NCBI GenBank assembly: GCA_965221875.1
Contig: OZ244920.1
Location: forward strand, 822,824-886,823
Source of the DNA: Thermodesulfobacteriota bacterium
GTDB taxonomy: Bacteria; Desulfobacterota_D; UBA1144; Nemesobacterales; Nemesobacteraceae
DNA length: 64,000 nucleotides
Direction of reading: 5' to 3'
Part shown: one piece after another, positions 8,950-17,331 of the stretch
How positions within the stretch are numbered: the first letter of the stretch is position 1
How the letters are laid out: each line of letters starts with the position of its first letter
The notes under the pieces: model-generated
Told to the model about the DNA's origin: nothing
The model's database searches: none
What the model saw: the letters and a program-made list of their open reading frames with translations, nothing else
Position numbers and translations under genes: made by a program

Positions 8950-9921
8950 ATGGGATTACATGCAAATGAGTACAGTTATCCTTGGCTGGATGAGGGAGAA
9001 GTTCCACCATTACCGTTGGACAGGGACAGGATCCACATAATCAGTCAGGGAGTAGCGGACCCAGTGTTCGACTACGACATCATACCGCTTACGTACACAG
9101 AGAGCAGGTGGATGGCCTATGTGATAAGGGCAGACATCAATGCGATGAAAGCGGTAGTTCCGGAACCTATAGAGGTTCAGGATGATGTAATAGAGTTTTG
9201 GTACGTAATACACAAGAACACGATGTTAGGTCCATACATGGAGATGGGCGTAACGTTCTCGGCTACTGTTGATGACGGAAGCGGTCACATATACAAGGCG
9301 GGATACTATCCGTACATGTATCTGTCGAACGACTCTCCGATATTTGCGGGTAAGGAGCCATTCGGGTTTCCGAAGAAGGCAGCTTACATAGCCGGGTTCG
9401 AGCATGGTACCAACAACAACTATTTCAACCACTTGATGGAGCGCAGGGGGTATATACTGCACACTGCGAACGGGCGTTATTCGGACAGGCCACTTTCAGC
9501 CAGGCCGACTTTCTACGGGAAGACGGACTGGGGAAGGATGAACTACAGGATAACGACGCGTCCAGATGTATCGAACAGTATCCATGAAGTAACGTATCTG
9601 CCGTCGGATCTTCCGCCGGGATTCGGGACTGGGCACAGGTTCCAGCTGAATCCTGAGAGCGTAAGGACGGCTGTTACAGAGGATGTACGTTCGTGGTACA
9701 TGTCGGGGACGCCGTTTGACTACATGGGTGGACAGATACCTGCGACGGAGGTAGTAGGGTTGATAAGCTTCACGTTCAACCTGATAATACCGCCGGCGTT
9801 GACGATATGGACGAAGACGGTGGAGAGGGCCACAGAGGATATGGGTCACATTGTATACTCAACGCCGTTTGAGTACACGATGCGTCACAGGTTCCTGCTG
9901 CCGCAGTATAGCCAGGGATAA
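8950..9921 (+). CDS. acetoacetate decarboxylase (ADC) family protein, extended paralog 2
   Basis: 323 aa, AAGGAGG at 8933-8939. AMKAVVPEPIEV matches ADC ALRKVVPEPLEI. Also IEFWYV, LGPYMEMGV and YPYMYLSNDSPIFAGKEPFGFPKKAAY. About half the positions are identical to paralog 1 by eye. Confidence 0.8.
   Translation: MGLHANEYSYPWLDEGEVPPLPLDRDRIHIISQGVADPVFDYDIIPLTYTESRWMAYVIRADINAMKAVVPEPIEVQDDVIEFWYVIHKNTMLGPYMEMGVTFSATVDDGSGHIYKAGYYPYMYLSNDSPIFAGKEPFGFPKKAAYIAGFEHGTNNNYFNHLMERRGYILHTANGRYSDRPLSARPTFYGKTDWGRMNYRITTRPDVSNSIHEVTYLPSDLPPGFGTGHRFQLNPESVRTAVTEDVRSWYMSGTPFDYMGGQIPATEVVGLISFTFNLIIPPALTIWTKTVERATEDMGHIVYSTPFEYTMRHRFLLPQYSQG
9211..9237 (+). repeat. 27-nt block identical to 8218-8244 (paralog 1)
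   Basis: Same 27-mer, CACAAGAACACGATGTTAGGTCCATAC. Confidence 0.9.
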
Positions 9922-9967
9922 TGGCGAAGGATCAGTGTCGCAAGACACTGAGTTCTTGATGAGTGAA

Positions 9968-10011
9968 AAGAGGAGGGAAACCGTAATGGTTCATACCCTC
10001 CTCTTTTTTTT
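9968..10011 (+). terminator. rho-independent terminator of the ADC-like pair
   Basis: 10-bp stem AAGAGGAGGG / CCCTCCTCTT (9968-9977 / 9996-10005) followed by a T-run. It is preceded by a second hairpin, CAGTGTC-GCAA-GACACTG, at 9933-9950. Confidence 0.8.
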
Positions 10012-10055
10012 GCCCGAATTGATTTTTCCGTAAACATGTTTTCTAATATAAAGCG

Positions 10056-10805
10056 ATGCCTTCCAGTACCCTTATAGTGTATGAGCCTTTGGATTCTTTC
10101 AGAGAAAAATCCGAATACTGGAGCAAGTATCTTAAGTTCTATGAGCGTTACTGGGGTGGTCCCACCTCTCCTTTCGGAATATGGTTCGGCAATGAGTACA
10201 GCGCGTTTCGCCAGGCACTCTCAGATCATCTTGATCTGCCCCACGAAGATTTGCCCGACTGTCTTTTTATGAAGGATGAAGCTGGCAACTATTTCGTTGC
10301 ACCTACTTCTGATTCCCTTAATTGTTTCTCGTCTGAAAATGTTGTTCCGTTTGAGTGGTTTCTTCTTTTTTCCGAGGAGGGGAGGAAAAATTTTTATACC
10401 CACTGGGGCTTTAACTCAATCCATTACAATTCAACTCTTGAGCAGTCAAAACGGAGACTGATTTCCTCGCGGGAAAAGATCGAAAAGACAATGTCTGGAG
10501 AATCTGCTAATCCTCTTAAGGTTTTTCTGCGCAATCTTGACCGAAGCCTGGAAGACGTTAGAAAATGGCTTGTCCAGTTCGATTCACAAAGCTATCTGGT
10601 GCTTAATTACGGCGATATCTGCAATTACATACATCCCTACACGCTGAAAAATGAAAACAGCGTGCCGGAAGTTGCGAGAATTCTGGATCTTATCTCACTG
10701 TCGGACTTCGGCGAGGCTGAGCTTGCGCTCAAAGTGTTTTTTCAGAAATGGGAAGATATAGCAGGCAAGTGTGTCGGCGGTACTGAAGACTCCCAAATCC
10801 AGTGA
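10056..10805 (+). CDS. hypothetical cytoplasmic protein, no recognised domain
   Basis: 249-aa ORF with no competing ORF and no TM or signal peptide. No SD. A TTGATT-17-TCTAAT promoter-like pair ends 8 nt before the ATG, so the transcript may be leaderless. Confidence 0.55.
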   Translation: MPSSTLIVYEPLDSFREKSEYWSKYLKFYERYWGGPTSPFGIWFGNEYSAFRQALSDHLDLPHEDLPDCLFMKDEAGNYFVAPTSDSLNCFSSENVVPFEWFLLFSEEGRKNFYTHWGFNSIHYNSTLEQSKRRLISSREKIEKTMSGESANPLKVFLRNLDRSLEDVRKWLVQFDSQSYLVLNYGDICNYIHPYTLKNENSVPEVARILDLISLSDFGEAELALKVFFQKWEDIAGKCVGGTEDSQIQ

Positions 10806-10824
10806 AGACCCGCTCCCGACTGAG

Positions 10825-11493
10825 ATGACCGAAAAACTCGAGAGTAAGAACATCGGAAGGGTACTGGGAGTGCTTAGAAAAGAAGCCGCCGGATGGAATG
10901 TTCCCGTGGTTACGCTCACGGCCATTTCCTCAAAAAATCCCTTCAGGGTACTTGTTTCCACCGTACTCAGCCTGAGAACCAAGGACGAGACCACGGCCAC
11001 GGCCTCCGCGAGGCTTTTCCGCAAAGCTTCAACTCCGCAGGCGGTGCTGGAGCTGGGGGAAAAAAGGGTAAGAGATCTCATATATCCCGTCGGTTTTTAC
11101 AGGGTAAAAGCGCAGAACATCATCGGGATATGTGAAAAGCTGATAGACAAATATGACGGTCGGGTTCCAGACAGTATTGACGAGCTTTTAAAATTCCGCG
11201 GGGTCGGGAGAAAAACCGCGAATCTGGTTCTTTCTCTTGGGTACGGAAAACCCGCTATCTGCGTTGATATTCACGTGCACAGGATTTCGAACAGGTGGGG
11301 TTATGTGGATACCAAGAGTCCTTATGAAACCGAAATGGCTCTTCGGGAAAAACTGCCCCGCAGATACTGGATAGAGTATAACTCTCTCCTGGTTGCTCTA
11401 GGGCAGCAGATCTGCAAGCCCTTATCTCCTCTTTGCAGCCGTTGTCCGGTGAGTGGTTACTGTGCGAAGAGGGGGGTTTCCAGAAGCAGGTAG
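10825..11493 (+). CDS. nth: endonuclease III
   Basis: HhH-GPD core (LVSTVLSLRTKDETT, FRGVGRKTANLVL) and a C-terminal Fe-S motif C-x6-C-x2-C-x5-C (CKPLSPLCSRCPVSGYC). The ORF opens at 10771, but the ATG at 10825 avoids overlap with the upstream gene. Confidence 0.85.
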   Translation: MTEKLESKNIGRVLGVLRKEAAGWNVPVVTLTAISSKNPFRVLVSTVLSLRTKDETTATASARLFRKASTPQAVLELGEKRVRDLIYPVGFYRVKAQNIIGICEKLIDKYDGRVPDSIDELLKFRGVGRKTANLVLSLGYGKPAICVDIHVHRISNRWGYVDTKSPYETEMALREKLPRRYWIEYNSLLVALGQQICKPLSPLCSRCPVSGYCAKRGVSRSR

Positions 11494-11567
11494 AACCGTT
11501 TGAGCGGTTTGACTCTGCCCGCATTATAACTATAATTGATTGCCAAATCTCTTTCCCGGAAAACCCG

Positions 11568-12077
11568 TTGTCTCATACTGTCCTTTTCTATATTTTTTCT
11601 ACGCTTGCGGTACTCGGCGCCGTTATGGTCGTGAGCCATAAAAATCCCGTTTCAAGCGCTATTTCGCTTGTCCTTACTCTTTTTTCCACTGCGGTGCTTT
11701 TCGTTCTTCTCCACGCCCATTTCATCGCGGCCATACAGATACTGATTTACGCAGGAGCTATAATGGTCCTCTTTCTCTTTACCGTCATGTTCCTCAATAT
11801 AAGAGACAGTGAGCTCAGGTTTGACAGTATGAACATACCGAAGAGGATGACATTTCTTTTCCTCTTTATCGTTGTTGTCGGATTTTTCGCCTCAAAGCTT
11901 TTCTTGTCTTCTCCGGTTGTTTTTCCGAAACTTGGGGATCCCGAAAACTTCGGCACCGTGGCCGAAGTGGGAAGATCCCTTTTCAGTGATTATCTGCTCG
12001 CGTTTGAGCTTACCTCGGTTCTTGTGGTGATAGCCATGGTTGGCGTTCTGGTCATAGCCAAGGGGAGAGAGTCATAA
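11568..12077 (+). CDS. nuoJ: NADH-quinone oxidoreductase subunit J
   Basis: LFYIFSTLAVLGAVMVVSHKNPVSSA...ILIYAGAIMVLFLFTVMFLN aligns with E. coli NuoJ from residue 1. A TTG at 11568 fits that N-terminus. The track ORF start at 11433 overlaps nth. The start is uncertain. Confidence 0.8.
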   Translation: MSHTVLFYIFSTLAVLGAVMVVSHKNPVSSAISLVLTLFSTAVLFVLLHAHFIAAIQILIYAGAIMVLFLFTVMFLNIRDSELRFDSMNIPKRMTFLFLFIVVVGFFASKLFLSSPVVFPKLGDPENFGTVAEVGRSLFSDYLLAFELTSVLVVIAMVGVLVIAKGRES

Positions 12078-12078
12078 G

Positions 12079-12384
12079 ATGGAAATTACGGTCTCTCACT
12101 ACGTGGTTTTGGCTTGCGTGCTCTTCGCGATCGGGGTTTACGGAGTAATTACCAGAAAAAACATACTGATCGTGCTTATGTGCCTTGAGCTCATGCTTAA
12201 CTCCTGCAACCTGCTTTTCGTTGTTTTCTCAAGGCTCTACGAGGGTGCCACGGGACATGTGTTCGTTCTGATGTCAGTAACGGTGGCGGCGGCTGAGGTT
12301 GCGGTCGGCCTTGCGTTTGTCGTTTCGATTTACAGGCAGAAAGAGAGTCTTGACATCGATCTGCTGAAACTGCTTAGGGATTAA
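12079..12384 (+). CDS. nuoK: NADH-quinone oxidoreductase subunit K
   Basis: 101 aa with 3 TM. LMCLELMLNSCNLLFV and AAAEVAVGLA are typical NuoK motifs. It lies directly after nuoJ. Confidence 0.9.
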   Translation: MEITVSHYVVLACVLFAIGVYGVITRKNILIVLMCLELMLNSCNLLFVVFSRLYEGATGHVFVLMSVTVAAAEVAVGLAFVVSIYRQKESLDIDLLKLLRD

Positions 12385-12407
12385 TTTATTCTCGGAGGTT
12401 TACCTGA

Positions 12408-14393
12408 GTGCTTGCTCTCATAGTTCTTGCGCCGCTTGCGGGGGCGATTTTCAACGGGCTTTTCTTCGCCACCGGTCTTTGCGAAAAGCTTACCGGGACC
12501 GCAAGACATACAAGTGACAGGATCGTCGGGACGGTGGCGTGCGCGGCCGTTCTGGTCTCCGCTCTTTTGTCCACGCGTCTTTTCCTAGACCTTCTCTCGC
12601 AGAGCCCTGCGGGAACCGAGCCGATTACGACCGAGCTTTTCACCTGGATGCTCTCGGGTTCCCTTGACGTTAGCTTCGAATTCCTCTTTGATTCCCTCTC
12701 CGCCGTAATGGCCCTTGTTGTGACGTGGGTGGGATTTCTTATACACGTCTATTCGATCGGCTACATGCACCATGACCGCTGCTACGCGCGTTATTTCACT
12801 TACCTGAACATCTTCGTTTTCTTCATGCTCGTTCTAATTCTGGGCAACAACTTTCCCATGATGTTCGTCGGATGGGAGGGAGTGGGCCTTGCATCCTATC
12901 TGCTTATAGGGTTCTGGTATGAAGACTCCTTTAGGGTGTATGCGGGAAGAAAGGCTTTTGTGGTGAACAGGATAGGGGATTTCGGGTTTATCCTCGGCAT
13001 CTTTCTCATTTTCACCGTGTTCGGATCGCTTAACTACCAGGATGTTTTTTCCCAGCTTGCCGACCCGGTTTTTGTTTCAGGCGTTTCGCAGTCGCTTATA
13101 ACCGCGATGGCGCTTCTTTTGTTTGTAGGTGCCGTCGGGAAATCGGCCCAGTTTCCGCTTCACGTGTGGCTCCCGGACGCTATGGCGGGTCCGACCGCGG
13201 TGAGCGCCCTTATTCACGCCGCGACAATGGTTACAGCCGGGGTTTACATGTTAAGCCGTTGCTCCCCGCTTTTTGACCTGAGTCCAGTGGCTTTGAACGT
13301 TGTTTTGATCGTGGCAGCGTTCACCGCGTTTTTCGCCGCCACGATAGCGATCACCCAGAACGACATAAAGAAGGTGCTTGCATACTCGACCGTAAGTCAG
13401 CTGGGCTACATGATGATGGCTGCCGGTGCGGGTGCCTATGTATTTTCGATATTTCATCTCGTTACCCACGCTTTTTTCAAGGCGCTTCTATTCCTCGGTG
13501 CGGGGAGCGTTATACACGCCATGGCCGGAGAGCAGGACATAAGGAAGATGGGAGGGCTTCGCGGGATGATCCCCGTAACGGCTGTCACTTTTCTGGTGGC
13601 GACGCTCGCGATTTCCGGCTTTCCTCTCCTCTCGGGGTTTTTCAGCAAGGATGAAATCCTGGCTTCGCTTTATGGCGGCGGCCATACGTTTTTCTGGGCC
13701 GCGGGGCTCATTACGGCCGTACTTACCGCTTTCTACATGACGAGGCTCTACGTGCTTACATTTGAGGGGACAGCAAGGATGGACTACAGGACAAAAAGCC
13801 GCGTGCACGAATCCCCGGCCGTAATGACCGTACCTCTTATGATTCTCGCGGTTCTCTCCGTTTTTGGAGGTCTTATTGGCGTGCCCGCATTCATGGGCGA
13901 GGTCGTAGGTTTTCATTACACGGATCTTATTAAGAAATTCCTTTCTTCTTCAGTGGCAGTACACTACGGCGCGGAACATGCCTACTCCCATTATTTTGGC
14001 CACTGGACCCTTGTAGGGTTTTCAGTGCTGGCAGCGTTTGTGGGAATAGCGGCTGGTGTTCTGATCTACTGTCGCAGGCGGGGAGAAACTGCAGCACCTC
14101 AGGGTAAAACAGTCTCCGCACTTAAGAGTGGGTCCTTTAACAAGTGGTACATCGATGAGATTTACGAGGCGGTTTTCATCTCTCCGTTTAACTACATTTC
14201 GGGACTTTGCTCTGACTTTGACCGCTCCTTTATAGACAGCTCGCTTGACGGACTGAGCGATTTTGTAAGGAGCTTATCAGGACGCCTGAGTGTACTGCAG
14301 ACAGGTCTGCTCAGGTATTACGTGGCAGCCATGGTAGGCGGGGTCGTCGTAATAATAGTGCTTCTTTTCATCTACGGTTCCACCGCTTCCTGA
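12408..14393 (+). CDS. nuoL: NADH-quinone oxidoreductase subunit L
   Basis: 661 aa, GTG start. Antiporter-like core: FVGWEGVGLASYLLIGFW, GKSAQFPLHVWLPDAMAGPT, SALIHAATMVTAGVY. Confidence 0.9.
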   Translation: MLALIVLAPLAGAIFNGLFFATGLCEKLTGTARHTSDRIVGTVACAAVLVSALLSTRLFLDLLSQSPAGTEPITTELFTWMLSGSLDVSFEFLFDSLSAVMALVVTWVGFLIHVYSIGYMHHDRCYARYFTYLNIFVFFMLVLILGNNFPMMFVGWEGVGLASYLLIGFWYEDSFRVYAGRKAFVVNRIGDFGFILGIFLIFTVFGSLNYQDVFSQLADPVFVSGVSQSLITAMALLLFVGAVGKSAQFPLHVWLPDAMAGPTAVSALIHAATMVTAGVYMLSRCSPLFDLSPVALNVVLIVAAFTAFFAATIAITQNDIKKVLAYSTVSQLGYMMMAAGAGAYVFSIFHLVTHAFFKALLFLGAGSVIHAMAGEQDIRKMGGLRGMIPVTAVTFLVATLAISGFPLLSGFFSKDEILASLYGGGHTFFWAAGLITAVLTAFYMTRLYVLTFEGTARMDYRTKSRVHESPAVMTVPLMILAVLSVFGGLIGVPAFMGEVVGFHYTDLIKKFLSSSVAVHYGAEHAYSHYFGHWTLVGFSVLAAFVGIAAGVLIYCRRRGETAAPQGKTVSALKSGSFNKWYIDEIYEAVFISPFNYISGLCSDFDRSFIDSSLDGLSDFVRSLSGRLSVLQTGLLRYYVAAMVGGVVVIIVLLFIYGSTAS

Positions 14394-14679
14394 CGGACGA
14401 ACTTCTTCTGCTCCGATCTCGGTTCGGGAAGTTGTTTTCCCGAAATAAGGATATTGTTTGGGACAAAATATTTTTCTTGGCCCGCTTGACAAACAACCCC
14501 AAATATAGATATTCATTATCCAGAATATCCGGGTAATCCTACCTGTCTTACTTTTAACAAGTTGCCTGTTTTGCTCATTTCATGGATGGTCCTGCTTTCA
14601 CAAAGCCTGACTGTTCATGCGGGCAGCTGCTAACCGGAGCGGGCGAATTCAGATGGATTTACCTGCAGAGATGTAAACG

Positions 14680-15210
14680 ATGATTGAAAAAGTGTTTAGA
14701 AGAAAAAAATTACTGGTGGCGGTTTTGATTATAGCTGCCGCACTCTATTTTATTCTCGGACGTTACGATGTTTCGGCTACAAAGCCGCATCCGACCATTG
14801 TAAGCATGGCCTTCCATAGCATTACCGAGAGATCGATACAAAGAAACTCCGCGAGTTTAAAGATTCCCTACGACATTAATGACAAAAATATTTATGTGGA
14901 GGGTTTTAGAGAATACGAGCACATGTGCGTTCAATGTCATGGAGCGCCCGGTGTCGAACCTTTACCGATCGGAAAAGGACTTTTTCCCAAACCTCCCAAG
15001 TTTCCTAGTGAAGAGTTCAATGAATATTCCCTTAAGGATATTTTCTGGGTTACTAAACACGGGGTTAAGATGACTGGGATGCCCGCCTACGGACCCACCC
15101 ACAAAGACCAGACGATCTGGGCAGTCGCCATATTCCTTGATAAGTCGAGAAATTTGTCCGAAGCGGAATATAAAAAGCTCAAGGATAAGCATTCGGATAC
15201 CCACCGCTAA
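14680..15210 (+). CDS. membrane-anchored c-type cytochrome
   Basis: 176 aa with an N-terminal TM, a single CxxCH (CVQCHG) and a downstream Met-containing segment (VKMTGMPAYG). Confidence 0.75.
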   Translation: MIEKVFRRKKLLVAVLIIAAALYFILGRYDVSATKPHPTIVSMAFHSITERSIQRNSASLKIPYDINDKNIYVEGFREYEHMCVQCHGAPGVEPLPIGKGLFPKPPKFPSEEFNEYSLKDIFWVTKHGVKMTGMPAYGPTHKDQTIWAVAIFLDKSRNLSEAEYKKLKDKHSDTHR

Positions 15211-15408
15211 CGGCTAACGGCTTGAGCCGACAACTTCTTTGTGCTGACTGTTTTTGCTCTTTGGCTGCAGCAGAGAAAATATATTGAGGAGATTTTGAAG
15301 TCATCTGGAAAGAGTTTCTTTCCTCCTCCGGTTGACTTTGTTTGAATAATGGTAAAGATTACCAACTAGATAGCTATTTTATGGATATATAAAGTTTACA
15401 ATACCGTT

Positions 15409-15828
15409 ATGCAGGTAAGCAGAACACTTGATTACGCCGTCAGATGCCTTATTCATATGGGAGGCAGTCCGGGGGATAGATTCAGCATGAAGCAGATATC
15501 CGAAACCCAGCACATTCCGCAGAATTACTTGGCCAAGGTAATGAGAAGGCTTGTCAACCGAGGGATACTCAGGTCGAAGGTGGGGCCCGAGGGCGGATAC
15601 ATGCTCCGCAAGCTTCCGTACGAACTCAGCCTGAGAGAGGTGTACGAAGCCATAGAGGGAGAGATAAGGATAGTCGATTGCATGGACGACGACGGTCCCT
15701 GTGCCCTTTATGAAAACTGCGGACAGCTTCCTCTCTGGGGTAAACTCAAGGTTTCCATGATAAGGATTCTTGAAGATACTACTATCGGGGACATGGTGGA
15801 CGAAACTCGGGGCGGCAGAAGTCATTAA
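15409..15828 (+). CDS. Rrf2-family transcriptional regulator (IscR/SufR-like)
   Basis: 139 aa. N-terminal wHTH segments are SRTLDYAVRCLIHMG and IPQNYLAKVMRRLVNRGILRS. A Cys cluster CMDDDGPCALYENC is present. It sits directly upstream of sufB. Confidence 0.85.
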   Translation: MQVSRTLDYAVRCLIHMGGSPGDRFSMKQISETQHIPQNYLAKVMRRLVNRGILRSKVGPEGGYMLRKLPYELSLREVYEAIEGEIRIVDCMDDDGPCALYENCGQLPLWGKLKVSMIRILEDTTIGDMVDETRGGRSH

Positions 15829-15846
15829 CAGGAGGACATTTTCTTA

Positions 15847-17283
15847 ATGAGCGTTGATCTTGAAAAACTCGCGCAGGAGGAATACAAGTACGGATTCGTA
15901 ACCGACGTTGAGCAGGAAGTTGCGCCCAAGGGGCTCAGCGAAGACACAATCAGGATGATCTCCTCGAAGAAGAACGAACCTGAGTGGCTTCTCGAATGGC
16001 GCCTCGGGGCTTATGAGAGCTGGAAGAAGATGAAAGAGCCCAGGTGGGCTTTTCTAAGATATCCGGAAATAGATTTTAACGACATAAGTTATTACGCCGC
16101 GCCGAAAAGCAACCCCAGGCCCAAGAGCCTTGACGAGATAGATCCGGAAATAAAGGAGACCTACGACAAGCTCGGTATTCCGCTCGAGGAGCAGAAGATG
16201 CTGGCAGGCGTCGCGGTCGACGCGGTTTTCGACAGCGTTTCGGTCTTTACAACTTTCAAGGAAAAACTTGCCGAGGAAGGGGTTATTTTCTGCTCAATAT
16301 CCGAGGCCGTGGAAGAGTATCCCGATCTTGTGCGCAAGTATCTGGGTTCGGTCGTGCCACGCGGGGATAATTTCTATGCGGCTTTGAATTCCGCGGTCTT
16401 TACGGACGGTTCCTTCGTCTATATCCCAAAGGGAGTAAGATGCCCGATGGAGCTTTCTACCTATTTCCGCATAAACGCGGAGAACACCGGACAGTTCGAG
16501 AGAACGCTCATAATCGCCGAGGAGGGCAGCTACGTAAGCTATCTTGAGGGCTGCACGGCCCCGCAGAGAGACGAAAACCAGCTCCACGCCGCGGTGGTTG
16601 AACTCGTAGCCCATAATGACTCCACCATAAAGTATTCGACGATACAGAACTGGTACCCCGGAGACAAGCAGGGCAAGGGTGGAATATACAATTTCGTAAC
16701 AAAGCGGGGAAGATGCGTCGGCAGGAGTTCAAGGATTTCCTGGACGCAGGTTGAAACCGGTTCCGCTATTACCTGGAAGTACCCGAGCTGCGTTCTTGAA
16801 GGAGATAACTCGGTCGGAGAGTTCTACTCCGTTGCCCTTACAAACAGGCGTCAGCAGGCTGACACCGGAACCAAGATGGTTCACGTGGGGAAAAACACCA
16901 GCAGCACGATTATTTCCAAGGGTATTTCTGCGGGCGAGGGGCAGAACATATACAGGGGACTTGTTGAAATTGGTAAAAATGCCGAGAAGGCGAGAAATTA
17001 CACGCAGTGTGACTCGATGCTTATAGGGGACCGCTGCGGAGCACATACTTTTCCATATATAGAGGTCAGGAACTCCACGGCCCACATGGAGCACGAGGCT
17101 TCTACCTCTAAAATAGGCGAGGACCAGATGTTTTACTGTCGCCAGAGAGGGCTTTCCGCCGAAGACGCGGTTTCGCTCATAGTGAACGGTTTCTGCAAGG
17201 AAGTTTTCAAGGAGCTGCCGTTTGAGTTCGCGGTTGAAGCTGAAAAACTGCTGAGCGTAAGTCTTGAGGGAAGCGTGGGTTAA
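15847..17283 (+). CDS. sufB: Fe-S cluster assembly protein SufB
   Basis: 478 aa. Typical SufB sequence, e.g. [16 protein letters not shown] and [13 protein letters not shown]. Followed by sufC and sufD. Confidence 0.95.
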   Translation: MSVDLEKLAQEEYKYGFVTDVEQEVAPKGLSEDTIRMISSKKNEPEWLLEWRLGAYESWKKMKEPRWAFLRYPEIDFNDISYYAAPKSNPRPKSLDEIDPEIKETYDKLGIPLEEQKMLAGVAVDAVFDSVSVFTTFKEKLAEEGVIFCSISEAVEEYPDLVRKYLGSVVPRGDNFYAALNSAVFTDGSFVYIPKGVRCPMELSTYFRINAENTGQFERTLIIAEEGSYVSYLEGCTAPQRDENQLHAAVVELVAHNDSTIKYSTIQNWYPGDKQGKGGIYNFVTKRGRCVGRSSRISWTQVETGSAITWKYPSCVLEGDNSVGEFYSVALTNRRQQADTGTKMVHVGKNTSSTIISKGISAGEGQNIYRGLVEIGKNAEKARNYTQCDSMLIGDRCGAHTFPYIEVRNSTAHMEHEASTSKIGEDQMFYCRQRGLSAEDAVSLIVNGFCKEVFKELPFEFAVEAEKLLSVSLEGSVG

Positions 17284-17331
17284 TACCGGTTCCGCCGTAA
17301 TTCTAAAAAAAGATTTTAGGAGGAGCAAAAC

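Noticed and set aside
8033-9849. Series of 67-117-aa Arg-rich antisense ORFs within the ADC-like genes
   Set aside because: They are explained by the purine-rich sense strand and depletion of TTA/CTA/TCA codons. The sense ORFs have strong family homology and perfect SDs.
7232-10011. ADC-like cassette as a horizontally acquired genomic island
   Set aside because: This is not supported as stated. There is no integrase, tRNA, flanking direct repeat or transposase. The unusual codon usage matches the ribosomal-protein genes in the window. The cassette is kept as a finding, but foreign origin is not claimed.
10771-10824. Upstream extension of nth overlapping the preceding gene
   Set aside because: The internal ATG at 10825 removes the 35-nt overlap, and the conserved Nth core starts downstream of it.
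11433-11567. 45-codon extension of nuoJ overlapping nth
   Set aside because: Alignment with E. coli NuoJ starts at about the TTG at 11568. The extension has no NuoJ similarity and is not hydrophobic.
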